The notes under the pieces are model-generated. The model was not told the DNA's origin, made no database searches, and saw only the letters and a program-made list of their open reading frames with translations. 64,000 nt of DNA, from positions 67,768 through 131,767 of the forward strand of contig JBMYLT010000009.1 in the NCBI GenBank assembly GCA_049596615.1. The letters are read 5' to 3'. This DNA comes from Akkermansiaceae bacterium. Its GTDB lineage: Bacteria > Verrucomicrobiota > Verrucomicrobiia > Verrucomicrobiales > Akkermansiaceae. Positions 46,901-54,406 of this stretch are shown in pieces (the first letter of the stretch is position 1; the number at the start of each line of letters is the position of its first letter). The translations under genes and the position numbers were made by a program.

Positions 46901-49900
46901 CGGCAGTCCGTTTACTCGATCCGATTCGGTTATCGACCAAGGGAAATGGAAGCTCCCTGGAGACCGTCTCTACCGGGGCCGCGGCCGCAATGTCCTTGAT
47001 CGCTCCGGAAATGGACAAGGTCGGGCTCCCTCGCCACGATTCTACGATGACCGGATGGGACGCTTTATGCTTTATCAACTCGGGCATCCCATCAATGAGA
47101 TGGAGTTTGTTCATAGTGTCATCAACACCGCTGGTTTTCAGCGTCATGAAAGCCACGAGCCCATCTCCAATGACTTCCTTCGGCGAAATTTCCCGGAAGG
47201 AACAAAAGGCACGCTCCTAAGGATCGATGATCAATGGCGCTTTCAGGACGATGGAGATGGCAGAACCTCAAGGAATGGCGACTGGTCCTACAAAAACACG
47301 GAAAACCCGATTGCCTACCACAGCCCTTTCCTCATGCGTAGCCGCGAGTCGGAATACGATTACAGCACCTTCATCGAACTCACCCGCCTTCTCAACCAGA
47401 ACAGAGTGGCTCCGGAAATCCTGAACAGGGTGGCCGACTCCGAAATGCTCGCGCTCAATGCCGCCGTGCGTGGTTACAATGGCGACTGGGATACCATCAC
47501 GATGAATCGTGGTAAGAACGCCTACTTCTACCGCCCCAAAGAGGGAAACGGATGGATGCTCATCCACTGGGATGGCGACCGGGTCTTTGAGGGCACCAGC
47601 CGGCCTTTCCTGGGCAGCCTCCCCGGCGTGGGAACCTACTTTAACCAGCCATTTGTGAGACGACAGTTTGATTACTACCTCACCCAACTCCTAGATAAAC
47701 ACACCAGAGGATCGGCCCGCACCAACGCCTGGTTGGATGCAGAAGTAGCCGCCGTCGCCGGCACCGGCATCACGATGCCCAAATCCCACTACGTCAATTG
47801 GTTCAACGCGCGCGAAAACAACGCCCGAAATTTTGTTTCCTCGGGAGCCCCCAACGGCACCTTGGCCGTCACCAGCTCAAACAGTCCAACCAGCGACGAT
47901 TTTATCACTCTTTCCGGAACCGCTCCACCAACGATCTATTCACTCCGTCTCGAAGGCCAACCTAATGCCCAGATCACCTGGACTAATCGCAGGAACTGGG
48001 AAATCTCCGGGGTGGTACTCCGCGAAGGTGCCAACGCTCTGACGGTGCAAGGGCTCGACCACGAAGGCAACCTGATCGACGACGTGACCTTTAACATCAA
48101 CAAGACCTCCAATGCACCGCCGGTGGTCACACTCAATACCTTCCCAAACAGCCCGGGAGTTCCAGTGGGCCAAAGCGTCGTTATTAATGCCATCGGGAGC
48201 TTCGATCCCGAGGGTAGCACGATCACCTATACTTGGTCTGTTCTCCCTGACAACGGAGTGGATTTCACCGGAGTCGGTCACAACGCTGCAGCGACCTTTG
48301 CACAACCTGGATTCTATCTGGTGACCGTGGAGGCAAACGACGGATCAAACACCACCACACGATCGATCGGAATCTCGGTCCACCAGCCGAATCGCTTCAC
48401 CGATTTTGATTCCCTTCAACTAGACGAGACCTGGCAAACCGTGAATGCAGACCGTCAAGGCAACGCCTCGGCCGGACCACACTACTCACTCGAAGAGCGG
48501 GAAGGTCGGCTTGTCATGTCTATTCCCTTTGGCAGCCGTTCAATCGGCCTTCCCGATCCCGAGCTTCCCGATCCCGTCAACTACGTCGACTTCGGCTCAA
48601 CTTGGAAATACGATGACTCCGGCCAAGAACTGACCGGCGTCTTTGCGCAGCCGGCGTTCGATGACTCGGCCTGGCTGTCGGGCCCCGGATTCCTCGGTTT
48701 CAATGAAGCAGGCCTTCCCGGACCCGGAATGCAAACCGGGACGCTCACCCGCGGTCGGATCGCCTACTATTTCCGCCACGAGTTCGAATTCGATGCCAAC
48801 CCCATCGGAGCGCAATTGACCCTCGACCATATTGTCGACGACGGGGTGCGCTACTATCTGAACGGACAGGTCATTGGCTCGATCCGATTGCCTGAGGGTG
48901 CCATCGACTCAACCACCCGGGCCCTGAGTCTCCCAAGTTCCCAGGAAGATGTCATTGCTGAGAATGTCATTGTAATTGATGCCTCGGCATATCTGGTTAG
49001 AGGAACCAATATCCTTTCCGCCCAAGTTCATAACGCGAGCCCTGGCAGCAGCGATCTCGTTTTCGGAGCTAGGGTCGATATTGCCGCTAATCCCGCCCAG
49101 AACGGCCCTCCGAGCCTGGCCGAAGCACCACATCCTTGGATCACGAGAACGTTGCCAAGCAACGACTGGATTCTTGAAACCGAAATCAGACTGGAAAACT
49201 CGCAGTTTGGAGATTCCTACGCAGGCCTTTTGGTTGCCGCTAATCAAAATGGAAATCCCTTCAGATATGGAGTGGGCCTTCTGAACGGCGATCAAATCGC
49301 AGCCTTCCGGGTGAACCCTTCAGGCAGTCCCGAAAATCTCGCAAGTGAAAATCAAGCTGGAGTCAACCAAGCCACCATTCGGCTTGTCAAAGAAGGCAAT
49401 CTTCTCCGCTTCGAGCAAAAGGTCGGCGGCGTGTTCCAGACCATTCACGAACAAAATCTGCCAAAAGGAACAACCTTTAGTGCGGGAGGGATCTTTGCTT
49501 CCACCGAAGGCGACCAACCTTTCGAGGTGAGTTTCGGTCATATCTCACTCATTGCAAACGGCGGAGACTTCCAGAACTGGATGGCCGCCAACGGATTCAG
49601 TGACCCCAATGGCGAATACCAAAACAGCGGACTGAGTAACTTGATGGCCTATGCCCTTGGAAGAGACCTCAACCCCACCGTTTCCCCTACTCTCAGCTTC
49701 AATAGCGGCTCGGTCGGCTTCAGCTACCGCCAAAGAATCAACGGAGGCGAAATCAGCTATCAAGTGGAGCGTTCAACCGATCTAGTCAATTGGGAACCGG
49801 CCGGAGATCTCAGCCCCAGCGGAGATCCTGTTTCCAATCCCGACGGGACCTTCACCATCATCCTTCTCAGTAACCTGCCACCTAGGCCACAAGGAAAGAC

Positions 49901-49934
49901 TTACTATCGCCTGGTCGTCAGCCTGCCTCAGTGA
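43965..49934 (+). CDS. Giant secreted protein (about 1989 aa) with lamin-tail domains, a CotH kinase-fold domain, a PKD domain and duplicated beta-sandwich modules
   Basis: Start set at ATG 43965 (MNCLRIPLFQSALFLGLVSPMTIQA), downstream of the terminator.
- LTD: 'VIFSEIQYNA...DFIEITNN...GWFFSDGIIFTFP' and 'IVINEIMFDAPSDHVSAEFIELFNRG...LSGWEFTEGIRFEFP'.
- CotH-like: 'YYNAEIRKSGSPFTR' and 'KNAYFYRPKEGNGWMLIHWDGDRVF'.
- PKD: 'ITYTWSV...GFYLVTVEANDGSN'.
- The 'WKYD...' modules lie at 44586-45053 and 48603-49085. Confidence 0.85.
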   Translation: MNCLRIPLFQSALFLGLVSPMTIQAEQVIFSEIQYNAKAGLPDFIEITNNTATPFDTGGWFFSDGIIFTFPDFDAAKPSAHILKHFETILVSPVEEADLRAAYPGIPAETRIFGPYSGALSNSGETLELSDKNGIVLTTIDYNDGRKWPAAADGTGHSLIRVNPNRTNAGWRNWEASPRPGGTPGVTPANSEGPPTTTTRIVELNSPWKYDQNSGNANLGTDWRDLEYDDNSWPEGPGVFGRETGEVFGTPWTTGNRTTYYLRHRFQINEGFSAASIDINAHIDDGVVFYLNGQEVGRFNMPAGEISFDTPPSSSREWDEFVEIALGTDVTNRLRIGENVLAVEVHNWRPGNNDIYFGTEIDLTVASLPSGPLPELLISEIHFDNKGMIDWVELHAPGNSPVTVDGLGLATTRSLTNTAAINGTIPAGGYLSFPVSLGIDENGDLDLFLVQGDTVLNAARTNRGSNEVSFQSLPVGEEWFGGADDTRDAPNNPASRQTDIVINEIMFDAPSDHVSAEFIELFNRGSVTVDLSGWEFTEGIRFEFPPGTTLASGQYLVVAADASYMQENYPGLTVLGDWSGGLRDRGELLRLEDQFGQLADEVDYLPGGDWPNLADGDGSSMELRHPDMDNNVASAWADSNESEKSTMQTFTYTGEFTRAPWNPLSSGQELHAHLVGDAHLILENIKVVLEDTENNLLRNPAAMSSTSSSAEGWVCQGTHHLSFFDGPRLNLISTGHGDNKANRAEVDFQTAPIFNNLYTLSFDARWIYGKSRIIFQTLDHGFGTSFLIPIPGNLGTPGAPNSSATAGPPPSISGLIHQPAVPRASQGVTVSVNVGSAASGLEVDLVYRLDNNNGNGSWLRAPMTNVSDDLYQVTVNNFTSQGNIVQFYVEAMAGGISTTQPKFGAERPALWVVDDRTMPDSLLQHRFVISNYDLRALNVSLGNGPAYNFNFPRMSNQYFNATFIANESEIYYNAEIRKSGSPFTRSDSVIDQGKWKLPGDRLYRGRGRNVLDRSGNGQGRAPSPRFYDDRMGRFMLYQLGHPINEMEFVHSVINTAGFQRHESHEPISNDFLRRNFPEGTKGTLLRIDDQWRFQDDGDGRTSRNGDWSYKNTENPIAYHSPFLMRSRESEYDYSTFIELTRLLNQNRVAPEILNRVADSEMLALNAAVRGYNGDWDTITMNRGKNAYFYRPKEGNGWMLIHWDGDRVFEGTSRPFLGSLPGVGTYFNQPFVRRQFDYYLTQLLDKHTRGSARTNAWLDAEVAAVAGTGITMPKSHYVNWFNARENNARNFVSSGAPNGTLAVTSSNSPTSDDFITLSGTAPPTIYSLRLEGQPNAQITWTNRRNWEISGVVLREGANALTVQGLDHEGNLIDDVTFNINKTSNAPPVVTLNTFPNSPGVPVGQSVVINAIGSFDPEGSTITYTWSVLPDNGVDFTGVGHNAAATFAQPGFYLVTVEANDGSNTTTRSIGISVHQPNRFTDFDSLQLDETWQTVNADRQGNASAGPHYSLEEREGRLVMSIPFGSRSIGLPDPELPDPVNYVDFGSTWKYDDSGQELTGVFAQPAFDDSAWLSGPGFLGFNEAGLPGPGMQTGTLTRGRIAYYFRHEFEFDANPIGAQLTLDHIVDDGVRYYLNGQVIGSIRLPEGAIDSTTRALSLPSSQEDVIAENVIVIDASAYLVRGTNILSAQVHNASPGSSDLVFGARVDIAANPAQNGPPSLAEAPHPWITRTLPSNDWILETEIRLENSQFGDSYAGLLVAANQNGNPFRYGVGLLNGDQIAAFRVNPSGSPENLASENQAGVNQATIRLVKEGNLLRFEQKVGGVFQTIHEQNLPKGTTFSAGGIFASTEGDQPFEVSFGHISLIANGGDFQNWMAANGFSDPNGEYQNSGLSNLMAYALGRDLNPTVSPTLSFNSGSVGFSYRQRINGGEISYQVERSTDLVNWEPAGDLSPSGDPVSNPDGTFTIILLSNLPPRPQGKTYYRLVVSLPQ

Positions 49935-52261
49935 TCGCAATCTTTAGGCGTTGGTTCCGACGGGTTCTCCAACCTTAGCCATTGCCAGACCACGGGCACT
50001 ACAAGTACGCTCAGGGTCATCGTCAGAAGAACGCCCGCACTGCAAAAAATTCCCATCGTTTGCAACATCTCGTTGGAGGCAAAAGCCAGTGAGCCAAACC
50101 CCACGACGGTAGAAAGACCACAAAAGAGAATCCCTTTCCCGACTCCGTTCCATACCTTGCCTAAATCGCCTTCGCTTCGGCGCAAGGCAAAGATCAAGTG
50201 AATGCTGTAGTCAATTCCAGTCCCGACGATGAGTGGAATGGCCATACTGCTCAAAAAATTCCAGGGACGGCCGGTCAACACAGCCAATGCATTCACCATC
50301 AAAAGCACCACCAGCAACACTCCGGCCGTCAGCACCGCATCCCGCCATGAACGGAAAACCATGATCAGCGCGGACAAGAGGACGATGGTCGCAGGAATGA
50401 AGAGAAAATAGAGATCCGCCTTCACCCGCTTGAGAAGAAGCAACCGCACAATCCCCCAGCCGGACACGGCGACCTGCTCGGTATTTAGCTCGGTCACCAA
50501 AGAGGCGTTCTCGTCATTCACCTTTTTTTCCAGCTGGATCCGACCCACAAAATACCCTGCAGGACTGTAAAAAAGCCGGGTGAAGGAATCAAGATTACTT
50601 GGCACCTCTCCAATCATTCGCAACACCGCTCTATCGAGAGCCCGACCCCGTTCGCTGAATCCGACTTTCTCCATCACGGAGATGATCTCATCCGACCGGG
50701 CCGAAACTTTCTTCCATAGGGCTGCGTTCCTGGCCCTCGCCTCCGGGTCAGGCAAAATTTCCCCCGGCCATTCGGACCGGGTCACAACTCCCTCCTCCTT
50801 GAGCTTTTCGATCCCTTTCTGGGCGGATTCAACTGCGCTTCTGACCTTGTCGAGAGTTTCCCCCTTGGCCACCAAAGAGAGATTTTTCTTGGACCAATAG
50901 GGAAAAAGTTCCCTCAGCATATCAAGAGTCGAAGCAGCCTCGCTGTCTTTGGTGTTTGCCATCCCCACATCAAAATCCACGGCAGGCGGCCCTTTGATGA
51001 AAAAGACCGTTCCGGCCCCCAGAACTAAGATGGAAAGGAAGGCGAGAGCAGAACGAGCCGGCGGGAAGGGCGGTTTAAGAAAGAACTTCGCGGGACGGGA
51101 AGGCACCTTTTGAAGAGCAACCGGCATCAACCAAAGGCACACCGCAGCCCCCACCACCAACCCAATCAAGACGAGCGCTCCCAGTTCCTGCACTCCCTTG
51201 AACGTACTGAGAATCAGGATTCCAAAAACGACCGCAGTCGTCAAAGCAGCCCAGAAAATCCCGGGAGTCATTTCCTTTCGTAATGACGAAGAAGACTGCC
51301 CGGTTTGGGATTCTCTCGCAATCACCACACCGTAATCGATCACGAGACCAAGAAGAATGGCCGCAAAACCAACGCTCACCAGATTCAAGGTCCCCAAAAA
51401 CCACCCAGCGAGACCCAGTGTGATCACAAAAACGATCCCGAGAATGACACCCAGAACCAGCAGTTGGCCCGGACTCCTCTGAATCAGAAGGAACAACAAA
51501 CCAACAATCAAGGACGTGATGGTCACGGTCCCAGCCATATCTCTTTCCATGCCAGCACCTACTTCGGCGCTAAACACTGGGCCGCCGGTCAAACGGTAGT
51601 GGTATCCATCTTTCATCCACTCATCGGCATTCCCGCGAATCTTGTTCACCCAGTCGGTATGAGTGCGATAACTGATCCCCAAATCAGAATTGGCAATCAT
51701 CACCAGCCATAAGGTACCATCCTCGCTCTGATGGTTAATAGACTCACCTCGAAGTTGAGCCATCGCCGGATGATCAGCAAAACCCAACGGGTCGTAGGCG
51801 GCCAAGGTTGCCTCTCCTTGATCCAAGGACAAGGCAATCGTCTCCTTTCGCTTGTTCAAGAAATCCTCCAACCGATTGGAATCAAGCAAAACTTCTGCAA
51901 AATCGGTGACCGCCTCAGAGTCGGAGTCCGCCCACATTCGGGCCAAGGCAGGTGCGATGCTGACAGGATCATCCTCGAAACGCGGCCGATATTCGATCCT
52001 CGCTTCAGGAAGCTTCTCCCGCATGAATGCGGTAAATTCGGCAACGTCTTCCTCAAAGACCTCATCATCGTGTCCCAGCAGAAGAATCACCCGATGGTCA
52101 TCATCGAAGTACTTCCGTATCACCTGGAATGCCTCAACTTCAGGAATGCTATCAGGGAAGACTTCCATCACATCGGTCGCAAACTCGAGGCGCTTGAGAC
52201 CGAAAATCGAAAACACCAGAATGATCCCAAGAGCTAGAAAAGACAACAAGGAGCGTGGCAC
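49928..52261 (-). CDS. MMPL/RND-superfamily (HpnN-like) membrane exporter
   Basis: 777 aa with two 6-TM bundles separated by soluble loops. The sterol-sensing-like blocks 'GTGIDYSIHLIFALRR' and 'LVIDYGVVIARE' are present. Confidence 0.8.
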   Translation of the reverse strand: MPRSLLSFLALGIILVFSIFGLKRLEFATDVMEVFPDSIPEVEAFQVIRKYFDDDHRVILLLGHDDEVFEEDVAEFTAFMREKLPEARIEYRPRFEDDPVSIAPALARMWADSDSEAVTDFAEVLLDSNRLEDFLNKRKETIALSLDQGEATLAAYDPLGFADHPAMAQLRGESINHQSEDGTLWLVMIANSDLGISYRTHTDWVNKIRGNADEWMKDGYHYRLTGGPVFSAEVGAGMERDMAGTVTITSLIVGLLFLLIQRSPGQLLVLGVILGIVFVITLGLAGWFLGTLNLVSVGFAAILLGLVIDYGVVIARESQTGQSSSSLRKEMTPGIFWAALTTAVVFGILILSTFKGVQELGALVLIGLVVGAAVCLWLMPVALQKVPSRPAKFFLKPPFPPARSALAFLSILVLGAGTVFFIKGPPAVDFDVGMANTKDSEAASTLDMLRELFPYWSKKNLSLVAKGETLDKVRSAVESAQKGIEKLKEEGVVTRSEWPGEILPDPEARARNAALWKKVSARSDEIISVMEKVGFSERGRALDRAVLRMIGEVPSNLDSFTRLFYSPAGYFVGRIQLEKKVNDENASLVTELNTEQVAVSGWGIVRLLLLKRVKADLYFLFIPATIVLLSALIMVFRSWRDAVLTAGVLLVVLLMVNALAVLTGRPWNFLSSMAIPLIVGTGIDYSIHLIFALRRSEGDLGKVWNGVGKGILFCGLSTVVGFGSLAFASNEMLQTMGIFCSAGVLLTMTLSVLVVPVVWQWLRLENPSEPTPKDCDH

Positions 52262-52338
52262 GGGGGGAGACTGACGAAACTTTAGGAAATATCTACTTCC
52301 TAGATTGAGAAAATTTTAAAAAGGGCCAGTCTCCTTCC

Positions 52339-52974
52339 ATGGTTCGAAAAATTTTGGCCTCCCTCGCTTTTCCAGCGCTCGTCATGGCAGACAATATCGA
52401 GCCCCTCAAACAGGCTCTTCAAAAACAGGCTAGACATCAATCGGTCGTTGTCACCTTTCGGCAAACAAAGAAAAGCCCGGCGTTGTCCAGCGAGATCAAA
52501 ACTATGGGAAAGCTCTGGCTTGTTCCGGGGAAATCCTTTCGGTGGGAGTTGGGACAGCCAGCCAAAAAGACGGTGATCTTTGATGGCGGAGATGTTCTCG
52601 TTCTGAATGAAACCGATAAATCCGCCGAACGTTTTCCACCAGACCACAAAACGGTCAAACCCCTGTTTTTGACTCTGGGAATGGGGGATGACTCTTCTTT
52701 TGACGGATTGACCAAGCTTTTTTCAATCAAAGGAACAAATGAAGAAAATGGACGATTTGTAGCCACCTTTTCGCCAAAACCACGCCAGATCCGCAAGATG
52801 ATCAAGTCGCTTCTCATGCAGATCAACCTCAAGACCTCTTTTATGGAACGCGTGGGTTGGGTCCAGCGAGATGGGACCGAAGCGATGACCGAGTTTTTCA
52901 AGCCCACCTTGAATCAGGCCATTCCCAAGGAGCGCTTTGAGATTGATGAGGCCCTATACACCTGGTCCCAATAG
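52339..52974 (+). CDS. LolA-like periplasmic lipoprotein/lipid carrier-fold protein
   Basis: Signal peptide. 'VVVTFRQTKKSPALSSEIKTMGKLWLVPGKSFRWELGQPAKKTVIFDGGDVLVLN' follows the LolA 'F.Q......s.G.l...P.kFRW....P..q.ivsDG..lw' pattern. It is divergent from the MMPL gene. Confidence 0.65.
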   Translation: MVRKILASLAFPALVMADNIEPLKQALQKQARHQSVVVTFRQTKKSPALSSEIKTMGKLWLVPGKSFRWELGQPAKKTVIFDGGDVLVLNETDKSAERFPPDHKTVKPLFLTLGMGDDSSFDGLTKLFSIKGTNEENGRFVATFSPKPRQIRKMIKSLLMQINLKTSFMERVGWVQRDGTEAMTEFFKPTLNQAIPKERFEIDEALYTWSQ

Positions 52975-53568
52975 TCAGGAGCCTCGCTCAATCGCCTTTC
53001 GGATAAAGGCCAGAATCTTTGCCTTCCCTTCACCAGTCATCGCCGATGACAAAAAGGTGACCGGAGTTCCTTCGCTTATTTTTGCCAGCTCCTCAAGAAA
53101 CTGGGCTTGGTTTCGCTGCACTACTTTGGCCTTGCTCTTATCCGTTTTGGTAAAAACCAGAGCAAAAGGTAACTCGCTTTCAATCAACCACCCCAAAAAC
53201 TCAAGATCGATTTTTTGAGGTGGATGACGTGAGTCTACCAAGAGGAAGACACCAAAAAGTGAAGAACGTTGCAGGAGGTAATCCGAAACGAATTTGTTGA
53301 ATCTCTCCTGCTGTTTTCGAGAGACCTTTGCGTATCCGTATCCTGGGAGATCGACCAAGATCCATTGGTCATCAATCGAAAAAAAATTCAACTCCCGGGT
53401 TCTACCCGGAGTTTTCGATACCCTTGCGAGCCCTTTTCTGTTCGTCAATAAATTGATGAGAGAAGATTTGCCAACATTCGAACGACCAATGAAGGCGAAC
53501 TCAGGTTGCCTGGCTTCCGGGCAGTCTGCCAGCTTTTCAGCCGACCTGAGAAAGGTCACTTTCTGCAT
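52975..53568 (-). CDS. engB: Ribosome-biogenesis GTPase YihA/YsxC (EngB)
   Basis: 'EFAFIGRSNVGKSSLIN', 'VDLPGYGYAKVS' and 'TKTDK'. Confidence 0.9.
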   Translation of the reverse strand: MQKVTFLRSAEKLADCPEARQPEFAFIGRSNVGKSSLINLLTNRKGLARVSKTPGRTRELNFFSIDDQWILVDLPGYGYAKVSRKQQERFNKFVSDYLLQRSSLFGVFLLVDSRHPPQKIDLEFLGWLIESELPFALVFTKTDKSKAKVVQRNQAQFLEELAKISEGTPVTFLSSAMTGEGKAKILAFIRKAIERGS

Positions 53569-53650
53569 GTTTTATTTCAAAAACTGGGTGGGTGTTTTGG
53601 ATGGCTGGTTTGATCCGTTTGGGTAATTGCGCCTGGGTGTCATTGGCAAC

Positions 53651-53686
53651 TAAAAAAAACAGCTGCTTTCCGAAGAAAGCAGCTGT
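53651..53686 (-). terminator. Strong rho-independent terminator of the PEP-CTERM operon
   Basis: A perfect 12-bp stem, ACAGCTGCTTTC-nnnn-GAAAGCAGCTGT, followed on the minus strand by T8. Confidence 0.8.
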
Positions 53687-53732
53687 GAAAACAAAAAGTA
53701 AAACGTTTTTCGAAGCGTGTTAACGCAATCAC

Positions 53733-54383
53733 CTATCGGCGACGACGTGCAACAAGGCCGAGGCCAGCGAGAGCAGCCAAGAGGCTGGTTGAAGGCTCTG
53801 GAATGACATCACCACCAGCAAGCTGAATGCCTTCGTCGAAGGCCAAACCAAGTCCAGTATCGACTCCGGTAGCAATTGATCCAACGATCAAATTTTCGCT
53901 GGTAAGAGCAGAAGCATCGATGATGACGTCGAGAGCACCTTGTCCGGCGGCATTTTCAGTTCCGAAATTAAGACCGGAATCATACACAGCCACCTGATCC
54001 GACGAAGCCAAGTCAGCCCCGTTTCCGAAGACTACATAGAGGCGATCGCCAACCGGTTGTCCAGGACCATTCGGAGTTCCCTCAGGAATAGGAGCAGAGC
54101 GACCACGTGTCACAAAGCCAGCAACACCAAGGCCTGACTGGAAGGTCGTGTCACCTTGTCCAAAGAGAACCAGGTCGAGAGCTGAGACGACGTCAGTCGG
54201 AGCAGAGGCGTATGTGCCTAATCCCACGAATCCGGCACCAACACCAATCGGGTTTCCAGCATTGTCAATGACAGGCACAGCGCTGGCATCAGCACCAACG
54301 AAGTTTTGAACACTGACTGTGTAAGCACTTGCGCTGCCGGCAATGAGTGCAGCTGTGGCTGCGATTACTTGTTTCTTGTTCAT
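53733..54383 (-). CDS. Secreted PEP-CTERM sorting-domain protein
   Basis: Signal peptide 'AATAALIAGSASA'. The C-terminus is 'IPEPSTSLLAALAGLGLVARRRR'. Confidence 0.8.
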   Translation of the reverse strand: MNKKQVIAATAALIAGSASAYTVSVQNFVGADASAVPVIDNAGNPIGVGAGFVGLGTYASAPTDVVSALDLVLFGQGDTTFQSGLGVAGFVTRGRSAPIPEGTPNGPGQPVGDRLYVVFGNGADLASSDQVAVYDSGLNFGTENAAGQGALDVIIDASALTSENLIVGSIATGVDTGLGLAFDEGIQLAGGDVIPEPSTSLLAALAGLGLVARRRR

Positions 54384-54406
54384 GATCTTATTTAAAAGAT
54401 GAATTT

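Noticed and set aside
48549-48576. A 13-nt direct repeat with a 15-nt period (CTTCCCGATCCCG ag CTTCCCGATCCCG) inside the giant ORF.
   Set aside because: It is an in-frame duplication encoding LPDPE-LPDPV in a linker. It has only two units and nothing suggests a regulatory or phase-variable role.
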